From assembly GCA_946623825.1 (NCBI GenBank), contig CAMORN010000001.1:16202-80201 (forward strand): a stretch of 64,000 nt of DNA, given 5' to 3'. Positions 59,680-64,000 of this stretch are shown in pieces; position 1 is the first letter of the stretch, and the number at the start of each line of letters is the position of its first letter. Origin of the DNA: an uncultured Alphaproteobacteria bacterium. GTDB taxonomy: Bacteria > Pseudomonadota > Alphaproteobacteria > Rs-D84. A program made the position numbers and the translations under genes. The notes beneath the pieces were generated by a model. The model was not told the DNA's origin. It searched no databases and saw nothing but the letters and a program-made list of their open reading frames with translations.

Positions 59680-60030
59680 TTATTCTATTGTCCATCCTTT
59701 CTGCAGAGTGTGTTCACCCAATGTTTTCATTGCTGTTTCCCACAGGTGTGCAGATTTATTTTCAGAAAACACATATTGACGTGGTGCATGGCGTTTATCA
59801 CCAAATTTTTTCATTGTTTCAAGTTGTGCTTCGGATAATTTTCCAGACAGATATAATTTCGTAATCAATACTTCTACATCAAGAAGTTCACACGGTCTTT
59901 TTGTAGAAGAATGGTGTCCCCTGAAACCGTTTTGTACAGATTTACAATATAAAAACCAAAACCATAATTGTTCCGCGTTTTGGAATTTTTCTGTGGTGTT
60001 TATATTTTCAGCTTTGACTGTGTTTGTCAT
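59680..60030 (-). CDS. Conserved alphaproteobacterial hypothetical protein
   Basis: 'FQNAEQLWFWF...RPCELLDV...KLY...FG...AP' resembles a family I recall from Rhodospirillales; GGAG RBS. Confidence 0.7.
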   Translation of the reverse strand: MTNTVKAENINTTEKFQNAEQLWFWFLYCKSVQNGFRGHHSSTKRPCELLDVEVLITKLYLSGKLSEAQLETMKKFGDKRHAPRQYVFSENKSAHLWETAMKTLGEHTLQKGWTIE

Positions 60031-60145
60031 TTTTTGTTCTCCTTTTTTTGTTATTTAGTTTTAATTTTTTATGCATATTTTTTTATGCAGGAAAAAGTAT
60101 AATAAAAATTGATTGGTGTAAAATAATACAACTATAACTAGAAAC

Positions 60146-60198
60146 TCGAATCGGAAAACCGATTCGAAACAGGTTTTTATTGTTTTTAATCGAATCGG
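60146..60198. promoter_or_regulatory. Operator-like repeats (three copies of tcgaatcgg)
   Basis: Inverted repeat tcgaatcgg-aaaa-ccgattcga at 60146-60167 and a third half-site at 60190-60198, upstream of 59680-60030. Confidence 0.45.
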
Positions 60199-60257
60199 TT
60201 ATAAATAAAAAAATCCACATTTGTGGATTTTTTTACATTGTTATAATCGTTGTGTTT

Positions 60258-62678
60258 TTATTGTATTGGTGGGAAACAATCGCCACCGGTATCTGGACAA
60301 CAATTAAATCCGTCTTCGCCCATGTCGGTATATGTTTCGCCCGCACAGCAACCATTTGCATCTGGGGCAGAACCATCATCACAAGTGATTGTTTCTTCTA
60401 TACCAGGTGTATTTGATTCTATTTTTGCGAATGGGTCAACAATTAAACCTTCGTCATCATATGTTAAACCTAAAATATCTGTATTATAGGCTTTTGTTTG
60501 TTCATCACTTCTGGTGCCGTCACCCGCGCCATATTTGTTAGTGAATTGTTGTTGTGTTTGTGCACTGAAAACCTCATTCTTTTTGTTATTGATAGCTTGG
60601 TAATTTTGTGATTCACAGAATGCAAGAACACTTCTGTAATCTTGTCCTGAATTACCGTTTCTCCATTTTTCTTCATCAATTGTCCATTTACCGTTTTTCT
60701 GGGTACAATAATTTTCCATATTAAATGAACGAACCTGACCAATCCAAGAAGAATCGGATTTGTTTATTGAAACCTTGCCTTTCAATGTTTCCCATGAACG
60801 ACGTTGGTTATCAGAATATGCATGGAAAGCACATTTGCGTTTATCACCAGATTTATCACCACATGTTGCAATCAAATCAACCGGTGAAAATACATTGATA
60901 CGTGTACCGGCTGCAATTGAAAATGGTGGTGTTGTATTATCCAATGCATCAACCAATAATTTTTGAGCAACCTTGTTCCAAGTGCTGATTAATTCTTGTT
61001 TTGCCATTTCAGATGAACGCATTGTTCCAGATTGAACAATTGTGTTATTATCCAAATCTATTTGATTTACAACCGTGTCTGCAATTGGCGCAATCATATT
61101 TACAGCGGCAGGAACCATAGCGGTCAAAATAGGCATAACCATTTGTTCCACATAATCGGTGCTGCCATGACCCGGAACACCAACACGACCCTGAGCATCA
61201 CCAGAATAAGGGTCTTGACCGTCTGTAAAATTAAATTCAACGCCATCTGGTCTGATGAATTGATACCATTTAATATTCATACGGCCATATGTTTGATATG
61301 GGCCTGGTAAATCACCTTCGAGATAACCCATTAACAAAGTACCTGTTGGAATAATGATTGTGCGTCCATTGTCCGAATAAACATTTCTATCAACTGTTGC
61401 ACGAACAGGTATGCTGTGGTTTTTTGAACTGTCGCATTGTCCATTTGATGTGGCTTTGCAACCATAAACACTTGGGTCTGCGCGAACTTCTGAAACGATT
61501 GTTGCAGGAATAGGTTTAAATTGACGCAATATAAATGTTCTGTCGTATGGACGTGATGAATATACAGATTCAGCCTTACCGCTACCCATTAAAGCATCTT
61601 CATCATCTTTTTTCTGCCATTTTTCATAGTTAGCAGCAAAATCAGGATTTGAAAAACGTTGCATACCATTTCCTTGAGCGGTTCCTTCTGTATCCCATAC
61701 AGCATTTTCAAATGTTCCGTCCGATGCAACCGTTGCAGATGATTTTGGTGATGACAGAGATGGCATTTTTACATTTCTGTTTTTTATACCACGATAACCA
61801 ATGTGTTCAGCATCTGTACCCATTTTAGAACCATCTTCAAGTGATGTGATTATACCGGTTGCAAAATCATATTTACCAGTTGGATTGGAACAATCTTTGT
61901 CAGAAAATGGATGAAAATAATTTGCACCACGTTCTGGCTTTATCCAACCGATTTGTTTCCCAGAAACATCGTAACCCGCAATTGCGAATTCAGAACATTT
62001 TTCAGATGGTAAAATAATTTCTGGTTCTGGTTCAAAAATATTTGTTGGTGCAATTGTTGAAATTGCTTCTTCTATTTTTTCTTTTACTGGTTCTGGTTCA
62101 ACAATTGGTTCTGGTTCCGGTTCTACAACAGGTTCTGGTTCAATAATTGGTTCTGGTTCCGGTTCCACAACAGGTTCTGGTTTAGGTTCTTCCTTGGCAG
62201 AATAGGAAACAGAAACGGTTTCAGTTTGCGAGATATCTTCTTGGTCTTCGCTGTACCATGTTATAGTAAGTTTTGCATTCGCAGTTTTTTGAACAGATTT
62301 TGGTTTGTATATAACATTAACAATACAAGATTCCGTTAAATCTGCACAATCATTTGTAGTTGTAAAATCTGAAATTTCAAGTCCATCATTTGATAAAACT
62401 TTTATATCTTGCACAACAACAGGTGCATTAACAGAAATATTTAATGTTTGATTATCACTTTGTCCAACAAAAATATCTGTAAATTCAATTGATTCAGGTT
62501 CTATATCAAAAGTTATTTGTTGGTTTGCTTCTGAAACAGTTGTGTTGTTTGATTTTTTTCCTATTACTAATGTCAGTAATATTATAACAACAACAAAAGC
62601 AGCACCCAACAACAACCATTGTAAATATTTTGGTGTTGTAGAACGAAAATCTAAAATCTGTTGTTTAATGTTTTTCAT
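60258..62678 (-). CDS. VirB10/TrbI-like T4SS core protein with extra Ig-like and Cys-rich domains
   Basis: N-terminal TM segment, Pro/Glu linker and TrbI core ('PIPATIVSEV', 'IIIPTGTLLMG', 'W..FIRPDG', 'DAQGRVGVPG', 'IAAGTRINVF'). Confidence 0.85.
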   Translation of the reverse strand: MKNIKQQILDFRSTTPKYLQWLLLGAAFVVVIILLTLVIGKKSNNTTVSEANQQITFDIEPESIEFTDIFVGQSDNQTLNISVNAPVVVQDIKVLSNDGLEISDFTTTNDCADLTESCIVNVIYKPKSVQKTANAKLTITWYSEDQEDISQTETVSVSYSAKEEPKPEPVVEPEPEPIIEPEPVVEPEPEPIVEPEPVKEKIEEAISTIAPTNIFEPEPEIILPSEKCSEFAIAGYDVSGKQIGWIKPERGANYFHPFSDKDCSNPTGKYDFATGIITSLEDGSKMGTDAEHIGYRGIKNRNVKMPSLSSPKSSATVASDGTFENAVWDTEGTAQGNGMQRFSNPDFAANYEKWQKKDDEDALMGSGKAESVYSSRPYDRTFILRQFKPIPATIVSEVRADPSVYGCKATSNGQCDSSKNHSIPVRATVDRNVYSDNGRTIIIPTGTLLMGYLEGDLPGPYQTYGRMNIKWYQFIRPDGVEFNFTDGQDPYSGDAQGRVGVPGHGSTDYVEQMVMPILTAMVPAAVNMIAPIADTVVNQIDLDNNTIVQSGTMRSSEMAKQELISTWNKVAQKLLVDALDNTTPPFSIAAGTRINVFSPVDLIATCGDKSGDKRKCAFHAYSDNQRRSWETLKGKVSINKSDSSWIGQVRSFNMENYCTQKNGKWTIDEEKWRNGNSGQDYRSVLAFCESQNYQAINNKKNEVFSAQTQQQFTNKYGAGDGTRSDEQTKAYNTDILGLTYDDEGLIVDPFAKIESNTPGIEETITCDDGSAPDANGCCAGETYTDMGEDGFNCCPDTGGDCFPPIQ
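62089..62181. repeat. 42-bp tandem repeat (about 2.2 copies) encoding the EPEP linker
   Basis: 62089-62130 and 62131-62172 differ at 2 positions; a partial third copy follows. Confidence 0.85.
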
Positions 62679-62681
62679 TTT

Positions 62682-63999
62682 TTACTGTATTCTTACTACG
62701 TGGCAACTTGTTCCGCTGAATTTTAATAATTGATCACACAATTTTTGTGCTGTATCTATATCAGATAAAGGACCAATTCTTAAACGATACAAACGTGCAG
62801 TTGCAGATGCTGCGCCTAAATCACCGACACCCTGTTCATCGACAGCAAAAAATACACTGTTTTTATATGGTGTTAATAAACCGACGCCATCATCACCACT
62901 GAATTTTGCCAACAAATCTGTCCAGTAATCATTCAAGGCTTTAACCGAAGTATCGGATTTTAATTCGATTGCAACACCTGTTTGATTGCTTGGGATAAGT
63001 GGTATATTTGTTTGTGGTAAATAAGAACCAGCAGTAACACGTTCTGTTGGCATCATAACAACACCACCAGTACCAACTGAATTTGTATTATAACCAATTT
63101 GTTGATTATTCATATACATTGGTGTTGTTGTATAATTGTTCACAGAAGCATCCATTGCATATTGTTCATTCATATATGCAACATTGTTTAATGATTGGTT
63201 TGACATCATAGATTGTGCAACATTTGCCTCTGCCAATGCCATAACAGATGCAGTATCTGCAATCAAGAATGGTTTTTCACGTTTTTTGATACAAACAATT
63301 CTTTGACCGCTGCGCAATACCATATCACCAACAGCTTCTACAATTAATAAACGACCATCTTCACCATCTGTGCGGAAACCAACAGGGCTTTCGCCACCTT
63401 CGACCAATAATGATACAACCGGACGTTGTGTCATAGAAATAACTTTGTCGCCAAAATCGATGTATGTAAATATTCTGTCGCGCCATACGCGTTCAGGTGC
63501 GATAACATAATCATCTGGATTTGGAACAAATATATCTAAATCAAAACGGAATTCAGATGGGTCAATTTTCATTGTTTTTATCCAACCATAATCTTCGCCA
63601 TCAACACCGATAACTGAATTTGATTTTGCTTGTTTTTTGAATATAGAACCCATAGATGCAGGGGCAGCAGCAGTGTTTGTTGCGCCAGCAACCGCACCAC
63701 CATTACCCAATGTTATGTCAACCTGAGAATAAGAAATTTCACTTGAATTGATAGGGTAAGCGCGTAAATAGAATATGTATTTATTACCAGATTGTCCAGT
63801 TACAATCATATTTGTATCATTTCCATTGTTCCCAGATTCAGGCGTGATGTACATTGTCTGACCGCCTGGTTCTGCGTCAACAGTGAACAAACCTGCATTA
63901 CCAACAACAACATCTGCAATTTTTTCACCCATTGGCAATGTAACCAATGTTGCCATACCTGCACGTGTTTTTATTGGCAGTACGGTGCCGGTACTCCAT
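62682..63999 (-). CDS. VirB9/TrbG-like T4SS core protein with C-terminal SPOR-like domain (5' end outside the window)
   Basis: Frame stays open to the window edge (WSTGTVLPIKTRAGMATL). 'DTNMIV...Y.FYL' and 'IAPERVWRDRIFTYIDF' resemble CagX/VirB9; the end 'YRLRIGPLSDIDTAQKLCDQL' is SPOR-like. Confidence 0.82.
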   Translation of the reverse strand, partial: WSTGTVLPIKTRAGMATLVTLPMGEKIADVVVGNAGLFTVDAEPGGQTMYITPESGNNGNDTNMIVTGQSGNKYIFYLRAYPINSSEISYSQVDITLGNGGAVAGATNTAAAPASMGSIFKKQAKSNSVIGVDGEDYGWIKTMKIDPSEFRFDLDIFVPNPDDYVIAPERVWRDRIFTYIDFGDKVISMTQRPVVSLLVEGGESPVGFRTDGEDGRLLIVEAVGDMVLRSGQRIVCIKKREKPFLIADTASVMALAEANVAQSMMSNQSLNNVAYMNEQYAMDASVNNYTTTPMYMNNQQIGYNTNSVGTGGVVMMPTERVTAGSYLPQTNIPLIPSNQTGVAIELKSDTSVKALNDYWTDLLAKFSGDDGVGLLTPYKNSVFFAVDEQGVGDLGAASATARLYRLRIGPLSDIDTAQKLCDQLLKFSGTSCHVVRIQ

Positions 64000-64000
64000 G

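Noticed and set aside
605-60966. Many 60-200 aa antisense or alternate-frame ORFs in the track (for example 42200-42799, 35305-35889, 18439-19017, 58181-59359)
   Set aside because: They are shadows of well-supported genes, with no motifs or RBS.
1-64000. DGR template repeat, RT or Avd gene within the window
   Set aside because: By-eye scan of intergenic regions and ORFs on both strands found no AAC-rich copy of the VR and no RT (YxDD) ORF. They must lie elsewhere or be absent.
1-64000. CRISPR array, integrase or transposase
   Set aside because: No regularly spaced repeat-spacer series and no recombinase or transposase motifs were found; the repeats seen are terminators or pairs.

Overview
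This is an AT-rich, gene-dense bacterial chromosome segment. Its gene set (DUF2312/GapR-like, alpha-type GyrA and L31, dispersed VirB-like genes) points to a small-genome Alphaproteobacterium; the host-associated Rs-D84/'Enterousia'-like lineage is my inference. Housekeeping genes: PBP1A-mraY-ftsW-murG, valS, rpmH, rpmE, gyrA, def-fmt-truA, pyrG, pyk, dacA, recR, rsmA, kefC, lspA and yidC. There are two tRNAs (Glu-CTC, Gln-TTG). An accessory block at about 19.7-35.1 kb holds GNATs, a HAD, hydrolases, an argCJBD operon, an M23 peptidase and a CoiA-like gene. A MarR-TolC-MFP-RND efflux operon, competence genes (comF, comEC) and T4SS-like genes (virB6-like; virB9- and virB10-like with extra domains) are also present. 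Main finding: two paralogous secreted Cys-rich proteins (3159-4334 and 58012-59241) have conserved ends and a variable core. The second contains an internal 138-bp segment (58894-59031) that is about 64% GC and about 11% A, with no A at any of 46 third codon positions. This fits a diversity-generating retroelement (DGR) variable region encoding a CxxxCxxxC motif about 210 bp upstream of the stop. I found no RT or template repeat in the window, so it would be a remote target. Other notable items are an apparently chimeric ValRS, a SuhB lacking catalytic motifs, an att-like scar at tRNA-Glu, and cassette-like repeats beside tRNA-Gln. All counts were made by hand; no database searches were run.
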